Origin: an uncultured Anaerolineales bacterium | Lineage (GTDB): Bacteria; Chloroflexota; Anaerolineae; Anaerolineales; RBG-16-64-43 | Direction: 5' to 3' | Length of the DNA: 64,000 nucleotides | Assembly: GCA_964521085.1 (NCBI GenBank) | Contig: CAZFPL010000002.1 | Location: forward strand, 2,044 to 66,043 | In this document: piece after piece, positions 44,006 through 51,879 of the stretch | How the letters are laid out: the number at the start of each line of letters is the position of its first letter | Position numbering within the stretch: the stretch's first letter is position 1 | Translations under genes and position numbers: made by a program | The notes under the pieces: generated by a model | What the model saw: only the letters and a program-made list of their open reading frames with translations | What the model was told of the DNA's origin: nothing | Databases searched by the model: none

Positions 44006-44867
44006 AGAACAACCGGGCCGCCTCGAGAGGGGAATCCTCCAAGCGCATGGCCCGCATCAGATCGCCCAACCCCTCGCGCACTCGTCCTCCTCGAAGGAAG
44101 ATCCGCGCCTGCCGGAAATACACCGATCGCGAAAGCGCCTTGCGGTGAAGGGCTTTAATTCCCGGCGGCAGATTTTCGTTTGCGAAATATTTTTCCAGTA
44201 CCAGCCGGTATTCTTCGCCGAATCGTTCCCCCTGGTACAGGGTTTTGGAAGCCTCCCACACCCGTGAGGAGGCCACGGTCCGCGGAATGTAGGCGCCGCC
44301 CTTCGGAAACGCGGTCCACACCCGCAGAAAATAATCGAAGTCGAGTGCGAAGTGAAGTTCTTGCGTCAATCCGCCCACGGCGGCATAGGTCGTCCGCGGT
44401 ATGAACACTCCGGGCTGCCCCATATTCTTCCCCAACAAAAGCGAGCGCAGCCCGTACTCCGCCATCTTCTTTTCGTCCAGCACCTTGCCCTGATGGTCGA
44501 TCTCCTGCACGTCGCCGTAGAGGATCGCCGCCCCGGGGTGCGCGGAATACACCGCGGCCGCGGCTTCCAGCGCGCCGGGTTCCAGCCGATCGTCGGAGTT
44601 GAGCCATCCCAGCACCCCGCCCCTGGCGCGCGCCCAACCCTTGTTGACCGCATCGGCCTGGCCGCGGTCCGGCTCGCTGACCCAGAAATCTAGCCGCCGC
44701 TCGTACTTGCGCAGGATCTCGCGGCTGGAGTCGGTCGAACCGCCGTCGATGACGATGATTTCCTTATTCGGGTGGGATTGGTCGAGCACCGAACGCAGGC
44801 ATTCCTCGAGGAAGGAATCCTGGTTATAGGACGGTATAACAATGGAAATCAGGGGAGAGGATGCCAT
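43959..44867 (-). CDS. Glycosyltransferase family 2 (GT-A)
   Basis: 302 aa. ISIVIPSYNQDSFLEECLRSVLDQ...IIVIDGGSTDSS and GWLNSDDRL (DxD region). It is a paralogue of 47170-48033 and 48050-48943. Confidence 0.85.
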   Translation of the reverse strand: MASSPLISIVIPSYNQDSFLEECLRSVLDQSHPNKEIIVIDGGSTDSSREILRKYERRLDFWVSEPDRGQADAVNKGWARARGGVLGWLNSDDRLEPGALEAAAAVYSAHPGAAILYGDVQEIDHQGKVLDEKKMAEYGLRSLLLGKNMGQPGVFIPRTTYAAVGGLTQELHFALDFDYFLRVWTAFPKGGAYIPRTVASSRVWEASKTLYQGERFGEEYRLVLEKYFANENLPPGIKALHRKALSRSVYFRQARIFLRGGRVREGLGDLMRAMRLEDSPLEAARLFYAAVRVLGERSRHGS

Positions 44868-44881
44868 GGCGGTTCCCTTCG

Positions 44882-44928
44882 ATTATACCGAAGGGAGACG
44901 GGGCGAACACGTATTCCATGGAATACGT
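44882..44928 (-). promoter_or_regulatory. Candidate promoter (-10 TATAAT) with a perfect 20-bp palindrome over the -35 region, upstream of the GT2/GT-C operon
   Basis: TATAAT is the RC of 44882-44887, 14 nt before the ATG at 44867, with AAGGGA as a possible Shine-Dalgarno sequence. ACGTATTCCA|TGGAATACGT at 44909-44928 ends 21 nt upstream of the -10. The implied -35 hexamer (GTGTTC) is poor. Confidence 0.45.
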
Positions 44929-44958
44929 AGATTAGGGACTTTTTGCCAGGTTGTAGAA

Positions 44959-44993
44959 GAAAAAGAAGGCGGCTATCAAGCTGCCTTCTTTTT
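44959..44993. terminator. Rho-independent terminator after the antitoxin gene (A-run / hairpin / T-run, usable in both directions)
   Basis: AAAAAGAAGGCGGCTATCAAGCTGCCTTCTTTTT has a 9-bp stem with one mismatch and a 6-nt loop. It lies 22 nt downstream of the antitoxin stop (45015). Confidence 0.75.
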
Positions 44994-45014
44994 GTCCAAT
45001 TAATTTCAAGAACA

Positions 45015-45338
45015 TCATTTTTTCGCGGCTGCGGCGATGACCCTGCTGGCATCTTTCAAAGACGCGCCGAGCGCGAAATATGCGTTTAGCATCATATCGG
45101 TTGACACGTGAGGATCGCAAGATTCCATTTTAGCAATCCTCGATTGACTGGTGTTCAGCCGATCGGCAAGCTCTTCCTGGGGGATCTTTTCCTTTTTCCT
45201 GCGTTCCTTTACGGCATGACAGAGAGCCAATCGAAGTTCAACAAGGCGCTCCTCCTCCGGCGTCAGCTTAAGGAAATCGGTAACGGTACCGACAGTCCAT
45301 CCTCGGGCCTCCAAGCGCCGACGCGTCTCGCGGTTCAT
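45015..45338 (-). CDS. higA: XRE-family helix-turn-helix antitoxin (HigA-like)
   Basis: 107 aa. HTH region IPQEELADRLNTSQSRIAKMES. It lies 30 nt downstream of a RelE/Gp49-type toxin frame, the toxin-first order typical of HigBA. Confidence 0.75.
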   Translation of the reverse strand: MNRETRRRLEARGWTVGTVTDFLKLTPEEERLVELRLALCHAVKERRKKEKIPQEELADRLNTSQSRIAKMESCDPHVSTDMMLNAYFALGASLKDASRVIAAAAKK

Positions 45339-45368
45339 GATTCCTCCTATCTCCTGTTTCGTATGACT

Positions 45369-45704
45369 TTAGCGATCTTTATCTTCCCGGTATCGCCGCA
45401 ACCGTGCCTTGCAAGCTTTGAGTACTTGACTCGGCATCTTGTTGGTGTCCTTATCGTATACCTCAAGGACAACCACGGCGTCGGTATCAAGGTGATACAC
45501 GATACGCCAAAAGTGATGCGCCTATCGGATGCGCAGTTCGTGGCAATTTTTACCGACATCGGGCATAGGCCTCGATAACGGCATGGCGAGGGAACAACCC
45601 TCTTGAAGCAGACGCAGATTGGTTCCCGCCTCGATCCTCGACTTAGCTGAAAAAGGTGGTGTCGTTATCTCTCCATGAAGCCACACCAGAGGTTTATCTG
45701 CCAT
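45369..45704 (-). pseudogene. higB: RelE/ParE-superfamily toxin (phage Gp49/HigB-like) interrupted by an in-frame TAG at codon 61
   Basis: My own translation of the minus strand gives MADKPLVWLHGEITTPPFSAKSRIEAGTNLRLLQEGCSLAMPLSRPMPDVGKNCHELRIR-TAG-AHHFWRIVYHLDTDAVVVLEVYDKDTNKMPSQVLKACKARLRRYREDKDR-TAA, all in one frame. The HELRI...WRIVY...VVLEVY.K pattern spans the stop codon at 45522-45524. Confidence 0.7.
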
Positions 45705-45729
45705 TAAAACTCACAGCCTTACCACATAG

Positions 45730-45758
45730 ATTATGTCATATATGACATAATTTGTCAA
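45730..45758 (-). promoter_or_regulatory. Toxin-antitoxin promoter TTGACA-N17-CATAAT with a perfect 20-bp palindromic operator in the spacer
   Basis: TTGACA is the RC of 45753-45758 and CATAAT is the RC of 45730-45735. The palindrome TTATGTCATA|TATGACATAA at 45731-45750 fills most of the spacer and overlaps the -10. The region is very A/T-rich. Confidence 0.7.
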
Positions 45759-45800
45759 CCCTTTTTTCAATTAGTTTGTTAGGAAAAAAAGACAACTGGA

Positions 45801-47165
45801 TTAAAAGGGAGAAATTTCCTGCATCCACTCGAGGAAATCACCCGCCTGCCGTTTGAAATCGAACTGGCTGGCCGCACGGACGCGGGCGCGTTTGCCCATC
45901 CCCGCGGCTTTTCCCGGATCGGACAGCAGGGTTCCCAGCCGCGCCGCCATCGCTTCGGAATCCCCGGGGGCGACGAGAAAGCCTGTGCGCCCGTCCTCCA
46001 CCTGCTCCGGGATTCCGCCGACCGCGCTGGCCACCACCGGCAATCCGGATGCCATTGCCTCCAAAACCGAGTACGGCGCGGTGTCGGCGCGGCTCGGGTG
46101 GAAGTAGACGTCCGCCGCCCGGTAATAGACAGGCATCTGTGATGCATCCTTCACGAAGCCGGCGAACACGATCCGTACGCCGCCGTACGCCAGGGTTTCG
46201 CCCTCGTCCCCCACGCACAGGAAATCCACCGCCGGCATTTTTTTTATACGGCTCAGGCGTTCCGCCGTTTCCAGAATCCATCCATATCCCTTCCACGGAT
46301 TGACCTTCAGGAAGTTGCCCGAGACCATGATGATCCGCCGTTTTGGATCCAATCCCAGCGCGGCGCGTGCGGCGGTGCGGCTGCCGGGTTTGAAAAGCGC
46401 GGTATCGACACTGTTGCGGATCACCCGTCTTCCGGCCAGCGGGATTCCCCCTTCCGCGAACATCGAAAGCAGCCACTGCGAAGGCGCGGCAAGGTAAAGC
46501 CGGCTTTGATCGTATATTTTTCGTTTGCGCCGGAAGTTGTATACGGTCGCGTCCCTGCGGATCGAGGGATAGATCTTCAGGTCGGGGCACTCTCCGCATC
46601 CGATGCGCCAGCGCGGGCACTGGATCGGATGGCCGCAGTGGCCGGTGACCAACCAGGGATCCTGCGGAAAGAGGATCACCGGCAGTTGGGCGCTAAGCTG
46701 GGGAAGAAATTCCAGGTCGAAAAATCCCTCGCGGCGGTTCCAACGCGCGTGCAGGTTGTGCAGGAGGACGACATCGGGCCGCTCGGGGGCAAGCGAGAGT
46801 ATTTGGCGCGAGCCCGGCTGGGTGAAATCCTCGTGCCCGCGCCACAGGTCCCACGTTACGCGCGGGAAGGCAAGCGCCTCGAAAAGCGGGAAGAGCCGCG
46901 TCGCGCCGCGGCCGCCGCTCAGTGCAAGCACCCGCCGATACAACGCATCCACCGACCGGGCAAAGGGCGGAACTTCCCACCGGTTTGGAATCGGCAGGAC
47001 GTCTGCTTCCGAAAAATTTTTCAGCCGGCCGGCCAGGATCATCGAACGATGGCCGAGCCTGCGGAAGGCGCGGTGCAGGCGCAGCGAAATCTGTTCGCCG
47101 CCGCCGCCTTCCACCGCGGGCGCCACCTGCAGGATGCGCAATTTCCTTTTCGCGGCCCTCATCAC
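45801..47165 (-). CDS. Glycosyltransferase family 4 with Cys-rich insertion
   Basis: 454 aa. N-terminal ILQVAPAVEGGGGEQ and E-x7-E region PSRADTAPYSVLEAMASGLPVVASAVGG. The inserted motif is TGHCGHPIQCPRWRIGCGECPDL. Confidence 0.8.
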   Translation of the reverse strand: MMRAAKRKLRILQVAPAVEGGGGEQISLRLHRAFRRLGHRSMILAGRLKNFSEADVLPIPNRWEVPPFARSVDALYRRVLALSGGRGATRLFPLFEALAFPRVTWDLWRGHEDFTQPGSRQILSLAPERPDVVLLHNLHARWNRREGFFDLEFLPQLSAQLPVILFPQDPWLVTGHCGHPIQCPRWRIGCGECPDLKIYPSIRRDATVYNFRRKRKIYDQSRLYLAAPSQWLLSMFAEGGIPLAGRRVIRNSVDTALFKPGSRTAARAALGLDPKRRIIMVSGNFLKVNPWKGYGWILETAERLSRIKKMPAVDFLCVGDEGETLAYGGVRIVFAGFVKDASQMPVYYRAADVYFHPSRADTAPYSVLEAMASGLPVVASAVGGIPEQVEDGRTGFLVAPGDSEAMAARLGTLLSDPGKAAGMGKRARVRAASQFDFKRQAGDFLEWMQEISPF

Positions 47166-47169
47166 AGGC

Positions 47170-48033
47170 TTAGAGGATCCATTCGCGGGAGACGATCCAC
47201 TCCGAGCCGCGCCCTTCCTGGCGGATCTTCGGCACCGGATATGCCAGCCCGGTCAGTCCGTACATCCGGCGCGGAAGCGTCCGGGCCATCCGCCGCGCGG
47301 CGATTTCCAACCGCGACGGCGCGCGGTAGCCGTGTTTGCGCAGGACGGTGCGGCATTCATCGAGGTAGGCATTCATCTCATTCGAGGTGAACGATTTTTT
47401 CTGGAACCGGAAACAGCCGAGCGGCACACCGACCGCATGCAGTTCGGCATGCCGGAAGAAGCGCGCCCAGAGTTCGAAGTCGCCGGCCATCCGCAGGCCG
47501 TCATCCAGGCGGGCGCCGGCCCGTTCCCAAAGCGACCTGCGCCAAAATGTGGATTCCTGCTGGATGACGGACGTGTAAAACCCGGGAAGGAGCGGGACGT
47601 TCCGTCCGCGCAAGAACGCCCGGGCGTTGTATCCTTCCGCATGCCGGGCGGAAATCACCATTCCCTCCTCGTCCATCACCAGCGGGTAAAGCGTGGTGAT
47701 CCACTCCACGTCGGGCAGGGCGCGGAAGACGCTCTCCGCCACCCGCAGCGCCCAGGGCGTGAGCATGTCGTCGGAGTTGAGCCAACCCATGATCTCGCCG
47801 CCCGATCGTCGGAAGCCCTCGTTGAGCGCGTCGGCATAGCCGCGGTCGGGGCGGCTCGTCCAATACGCTAGATGCGCCGCATGCTCTTTGATCGTCTCTA
47901 CGCTCCCGTCGTTCGACCCTCCATCGATCACGATGTATTCGAGGTCCTTGATTTCCTGTTCAAGGACAGAATGCATGGACCGACGGAGAAATTCATTCTG
48001 GTTATACGAGGGCGTGACAATGGAGAATTTCAT
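47170..48033 (-). CDS. Glycosyltransferase family 2
   Basis: ORF track gives 47170..48390, trimmed to ATG 48033 (MKFSIVTPSYNQNEFLRRSMHSVLEQ...YIVIDGGSNDGS). GWLNSDDMLTPWALR is present. Confidence 0.85.
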   Translation of the reverse strand: MKFSIVTPSYNQNEFLRRSMHSVLEQEIKDLEYIVIDGGSNDGSVETIKEHAAHLAYWTSRPDRGYADALNEGFRRSGGEIMGWLNSDDMLTPWALRVAESVFRALPDVEWITTLYPLVMDEEGMVISARHAEGYNARAFLRGRNVPLLPGFYTSVIQQESTFWRRSLWERAGARLDDGLRMAGDFELWARFFRHAELHAVGVPLGCFRFQKKSFTSNEMNAYLDECRTVLRKHGYRAPSRLEIAARRMARTLPRRMYGLTGLAYPVPKIRQEGRGSEWIVSREWIL

Positions 48034-48049
48034 ATCGGTTGGCCGGGTC

Positions 48050-48943
48050 CTATACGATCCACGCCTGCCGGATCTCAAAGGGAATCTCGCCGCCCGCCCG
48101 GACGATGTGCGCGACGGGGTAGGCCAAGCCCGTCCACCTCTGCCAGCGGTCCGGCAGTTCGCGCGCCACCCTGCGCGCCAGGGATTCGACCTTGGAAGGC
48201 GGGCGGTGGGAAAATTTCGCCAGCACCCTTCGGCAGACTTCCAGGTAGGCTTCCCATTCATTGGCGGTGAAGGATTCACGCTGGAAGCGGAAAATGCCCA
48301 GCGGAACCGAGAGTGCATAAAGTTCGGCATGCTCGAAAAATCGCGACCAGAGTTCAAAATCGCCGGCCACCCGCAATCTGGCATCCACATGCGCCCCGGC
48401 CTTTTCCCAGAGTCCGCGCCGCCAAAAAGTGGATTCCTGTTGGATCATGCAGGAGTAGAACCAGGGATTGAAGGGGGCGTTCCGTCCGCGGTAGAACGCC
48501 TTGGCGTTGAAACCCTCCGAACGTCGCGCTCCGGCCACCAGGCCGTCCTCGTTCATGATCATCGGATACATGCTGGTGACCCACTGCACGTCGGGGAATC
48601 GGCGGAATACCTCGGCGACGGTCCGCAGCGCCCACGGGGTGAGCATGTCGTCGGAGTTCAGCCAGCCCATGATCTCGCCGGTGGAGCGCTCGAATCCTTC
48701 CTGGACAGCCGCCATGTGGCCGGCGTCGAGATGGCTGCGCCAGCCGGTCAGCCGGTCGGCATACCGCCGGACGGCCTCCGCGCTGCCGTCGGACGATCCG
48801 CCGTCCATCACAAAATATTCCAACGCGGGATATTCCTGATTCAGGACCGAGTTGATGCACGCATCCAGAAAGCGGCCCTGATTGAAAGAGGGGGTCACGA
48901 TCGAAATTTTCAATTGTTCCGTGCCCGGCGATCCAGCCTGCAT
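48050..48943 (-). CDS. Glycosyltransferase family 2 (tandem duplicate of 47170-48033)
   Basis: 297 aa. LKISIVTPSFNQGRFLDACINSVLNQ...YFVMDGGSSDGS. The block GEIMGWLNSDDMLTPWALR is identical to its neighbour. Confidence 0.85.
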   Translation of the reverse strand: MQAGSPGTEQLKISIVTPSFNQGRFLDACINSVLNQEYPALEYFVMDGGSSDGSAEAVRRYADRLTGWRSHLDAGHMAAVQEGFERSTGEIMGWLNSDDMLTPWALRTVAEVFRRFPDVQWVTSMYPMIMNEDGLVAGARRSEGFNAKAFYRGRNAPFNPWFYSCMIQQESTFWRRGLWEKAGAHVDARLRVAGDFELWSRFFEHAELYALSVPLGIFRFQRESFTANEWEAYLEVCRRVLAKFSHRPPSKVESLARRVARELPDRWQRWTGLAYPVAHIVRAGGEIPFEIRQAWIV

Positions 48944-49030
48944 AAAAGACCTCTCCGCAAATGCGGGACCCTTTTCAGGATAATCTTATCCGGAATTTCT
49001 CTGTTGGAATACCGCCCAATCTCATTCCTG

Positions 49031-49849
49031 TCAATCGACATCCTGTTGGAATGTAAATCCCAATTTAAAGGACGACATAAAAAGCGGCAGGCTGATTTGG
49101 TGGGCCAGAATCGTCATCACCGACATATCCTGCCGATGATTGTATCGGTTCGAGCCGGGAGGAGCGATGCATTCCTTGATCAATGCGCACTCCCTCCATT
49201 TCTCGACAAACAATCTGGCCTTCGGGAAACGGAAATTGGCAGCTATGCATCCGCCCGCCAGGGTATGTTTTTTTAGAATCGACTTGTCGGATTTTAAAAA
49301 AGCCAAGGTCGACGGATGGGTCCAATCCGCTACGGTGTCTTTTCCGAAGGGCGAATAGAAGCCCGTCCATTGGACGATCTTGCGCAAGCGGGTCAATGGC
49401 TCTGTCACGATGTTCCCCGCATCAAACCAGCAGACGCTGGACCGAGTTTCAAAGAACACATCCGAAAAGATGACGGGTTTCCATGCAAATTCGCCGGCGT
49501 TTTTCCGAATATCGAAGTAATCCGGATATTTTGAATAATCGAAGACCCGGATATCAGCGGATGGAAAAGACAATGCCAGATCCTTGCGTTGATGCCGGTC
49601 CAATCCCAAATCATATACCACGACGCGAGCATTCGGCTCCCACGTTCCGATGCTCCGCATAAGGTTCACAAGACTTTTGTAATGGGTCTTGTCCGCTCCC
49701 GTGACCAGCACAAACTCGTCCCGTAACGGGAGCAGGGAGAGGATCAGATTTTTCAAAAAGAACTCGACGGGACGGGATATCCTTTTCATCACAACCCGGC
49801 ATGTCCTTTCATCCAAGGAAGGATTTTCCACCTTCCCCTTGGAAATCAT
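49031..49849 (-). CDS. Hypothetical protein, possible GT-A-like nucleotide-sugar transferase (unclassified); lower G+C than neighbours
   Basis: ORF track gives 49031..50122, trimmed to ATG 49849, 2 nt after the upstream stop. VLVTGADKTHYKSLVNLMRSI...VVVYDLGL...CWFDAG...NHRQDMSVM resembles small stand-alone transferases. There is no firm family assignment. Confidence 0.4.
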   Translation of the reverse strand: MISKGKVENPSLDERTCRVVMKRISRPVEFFLKNLILSLLPLRDEFVLVTGADKTHYKSLVNLMRSIGTWEPNARVVVYDLGLDRHQRKDLALSFPSADIRVFDYSKYPDYFDIRKNAGEFAWKPVIFSDVFFETRSSVCWFDAGNIVTEPLTRLRKIVQWTGFYSPFGKDTVADWTHPSTLAFLKSDKSILKKHTLAGGCIAANFRFPKARLFVEKWRECALIKECIAPPGSNRYNHRQDMSVMTILAHQISLPLFMSSFKLGFTFQQDVD

Positions 49850-49851
49850 TG

Positions 49852-51048
49852 TCACCGTCCCAGGAGCATCGAAAGGGTTTCTTGCAGCACGACGGGCGGT
49901 ACGGTCAGGTCTTCGCGCCACCGGCGCGGCGCCGCGCCTTCCGGCAGCGGGCCGGGATGTTTGCCGAAGATCACGGCATAACGGTGCCCGAGGGCGGAGC
50001 ACAACGAATAGTAGCAGGTGTTGGTGTAGGCCGGATGCGGCGACATGAACTCGACCACGCGGGTACCGGACGGCGCGAATAGGAGGTTGGTCAAACCCGC
50101 CCCATGAACGGACACCACGCATTCGGCGTTGGAAAATAACTTCAATTGATCCGCCAGCGGCATCCCCTGGGTTTCCTGGATCTCGAATTTAAACGATTTC
50201 AGGATGGGCACCAATTCCGATTCGTTCGCCACCTGTCGGAAACCGGCTTTGGCGCGCCGCAGATAGATCCGGCGTTTCCCGGCGGCGGGTTTCGGCAGCC
50301 CGATTTTCCTGCGCAGCCAGCTCGTCGCCCATGGCCGAACCATGCCGGAATACCCGAGCAACGAAGGGAAGAGCAGGCTCTCCACCCGCCAATGTTCGTC
50401 CCCGAAGGGTTCCCACCGGTCGGAGGGGTATCCAAGCCGTTCCAGGGATTCCCGCTGCCAGTTCTCAATAGTCTCCGGGACGATCACACGGAAATGGCGG
50501 ATCCCCGCCGCTTCGGCAATGGCGAGCCGCGGAAGCGTATCGATCCACCAGTGAAAGTAATTCGGCTTTCCGGAGATCGGCGAAAGCAGGGTCAGCATCG
50601 CGCCCGGTTTCTCCTTGATGTCCGGGACGCTCAGCCGCGTGAACACCGGCCACTCGGCGGGCGGCATTTCCCACGCGAAGGTCGATTCTTCCAGCACGCG
50701 CCCGTCGGAGGTAAGCACGACCCCTTCCCTTCCCAGCAGGCGCCCATTGCGGATGTGCGCGAGGCAGAGGGCCGGGTAGCGGTAGAATTGCGCTCCGCGG
50801 TACATTGGATTAATCGACCCGTCGGCGGTAAGCGGCGGAGCCATCTCCACCATCTCGGCGTCATGAACGGGAATGTACCAGTGATCCCAACCGCGTTCCA
50901 TCCACGGCTGCCGGGCCTCGCGCGAATCACTCCAAGCCCGATAATCGGGGATCCTGCCCTGGGGCAACTGCGATCCCGGAATAAGCCTGAGCACCGACGC
51001 CGCTATCCGTTTGATCGTCCGGATGACCCGCGCAGCAATATGTTGCAT
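49852..51048 (-). CDS. GT61 / DUF563-family glycosyltransferase
   Basis: 398 aa. NYFHWWIDTLPRL and RIYLRRAKAGFRQVANESELVPILKSFKFEIQETQGMPLADQLKLFSNAECVVSVHGAGLTNLLFAP match the DUF563 pattern. Confidence 0.7.
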   Translation of the reverse strand: MQHIAARVIRTIKRIAASVLRLIPGSQLPQGRIPDYRAWSDSREARQPWMERGWDHWYIPVHDAEMVEMAPPLTADGSINPMYRGAQFYRYPALCLAHIRNGRLLGREGVVLTSDGRVLEESTFAWEMPPAEWPVFTRLSVPDIKEKPGAMLTLLSPISGKPNYFHWWIDTLPRLAIAEAAGIRHFRVIVPETIENWQRESLERLGYPSDRWEPFGDEHWRVESLLFPSLLGYSGMVRPWATSWLRRKIGLPKPAAGKRRIYLRRAKAGFRQVANESELVPILKSFKFEIQETQGMPLADQLKLFSNAECVVSVHGAGLTNLLFAPSGTRVVEFMSPHPAYTNTCYYSLCSALGHRYAVIFGKHPGPLPEGAAPRRWREDLTVPPVVLQETLSMLLGR

Positions 51049-51063
51049 AGTGTCAATCCTTCC

Positions 51064-51879
51064 TTAGGCGCCTGGATCTTTCACCGGCAAACTTTTTTTC
51101 TTCGTCGGACGAACGACCCGAAAGGGCAGGGCCATAATTCTCGCGATCGAATCCGGGACGCCCTTCCGTCGGAGCGCCCGTTCCCAACGCATGTCCGCCG
51201 GCAATACGGATCGGACGCGCAGGTCGACGGGCACATTCTCCCTCCGGCACAGTTCCAGCGCAGCCGGCTCCCAATAGCCGCGGACCACTCCCGTGGTGAA
51301 ATAGTCCAACGGATAATCCACCCCTTCCCGCAGGCTGAGGAACGGTGCACTATTCGCATCCGACCTTCGGCTGCCAAGGCATTCGAACTGCCAGGGGGAT
51401 TCTCCTGGGCGTGCGATTGCTGCCAGGTGTTCTTTTTGCCACCAGGCCGCCTGCAAGGAAACCCGGTAGTCCGCTCCAGTCCGGATTTCGCCGAGATCGG
51501 AATGATCGGCGCACGGAAAATCAGGGCCGGGAATCGGCATCAATCGCAGACAGGCCGCCCGTTTTGCCCGCGCATACCCGATGTACCCGTCGATCCGTGC
51601 GGTATCCACCGGGCGATCAATAAGAAAATCCTCCTGAAGCAGAAGGATCCCATCCTGAGGGATCAATTCAAGCATCCGCCGCAGATTGGATGACCAATCC
51701 CGGTCCTCTCCGATCGCCAGGGAGACGACCCGCTTATCCGGATACTCTTCGAAGTTCGAACCTAAAAACACCGGATACGGACAATCGTCCCAATAGCGGA
51801 AAAGAAGCGTGAAAAACGGCCCCCAGACATCCCGGTAGGAGTCGCATGAGACCACCAGTAACGCATTTGAGGTTGGCAT
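51064..51879 (-). CDS. Hypothetical protein (no recognised family; embedded between the two GT61 genes)
   Basis: 271 aa. ALLVVSCDSYRDVWGPFFTLLFRYWDDCPYPVFLGSN... shows coding-like composition. The start overlaps the upstream stop (TGATG). Confidence 0.5.
   Translation of the reverse strand: MPTSNALLVVSCDSYRDVWGPFFTLLFRYWDDCPYPVFLGSNFEEYPDKRVVSLAIGEDRDWSSNLRRMLELIPQDGILLLQEDFLIDRPVDTARIDGYIGYARAKRAACLRLMPIPGPDFPCADHSDLGEIRTGADYRVSLQAAWWQKEHLAAIARPGESPWQFECLGSRRSDANSAPFLSLREGVDYPLDYFTTGVVRGYWEPAALELCRRENVPVDLRVRSVLPADMRWERALRRKGVPDSIARIMALPFRVVRPTKKKSLPVKDPGA

Noticed and set aside
45522-45524. The in-frame TAG in the toxin gene as programmed recoding (pyrrolysine or readthrough).
   Set aside because: No pyl genes or PYLIS-like context are visible and the taxon is unlikely. 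Nonsense inactivation of a toxin is the simpler explanation. It still needs confirmation at read level.
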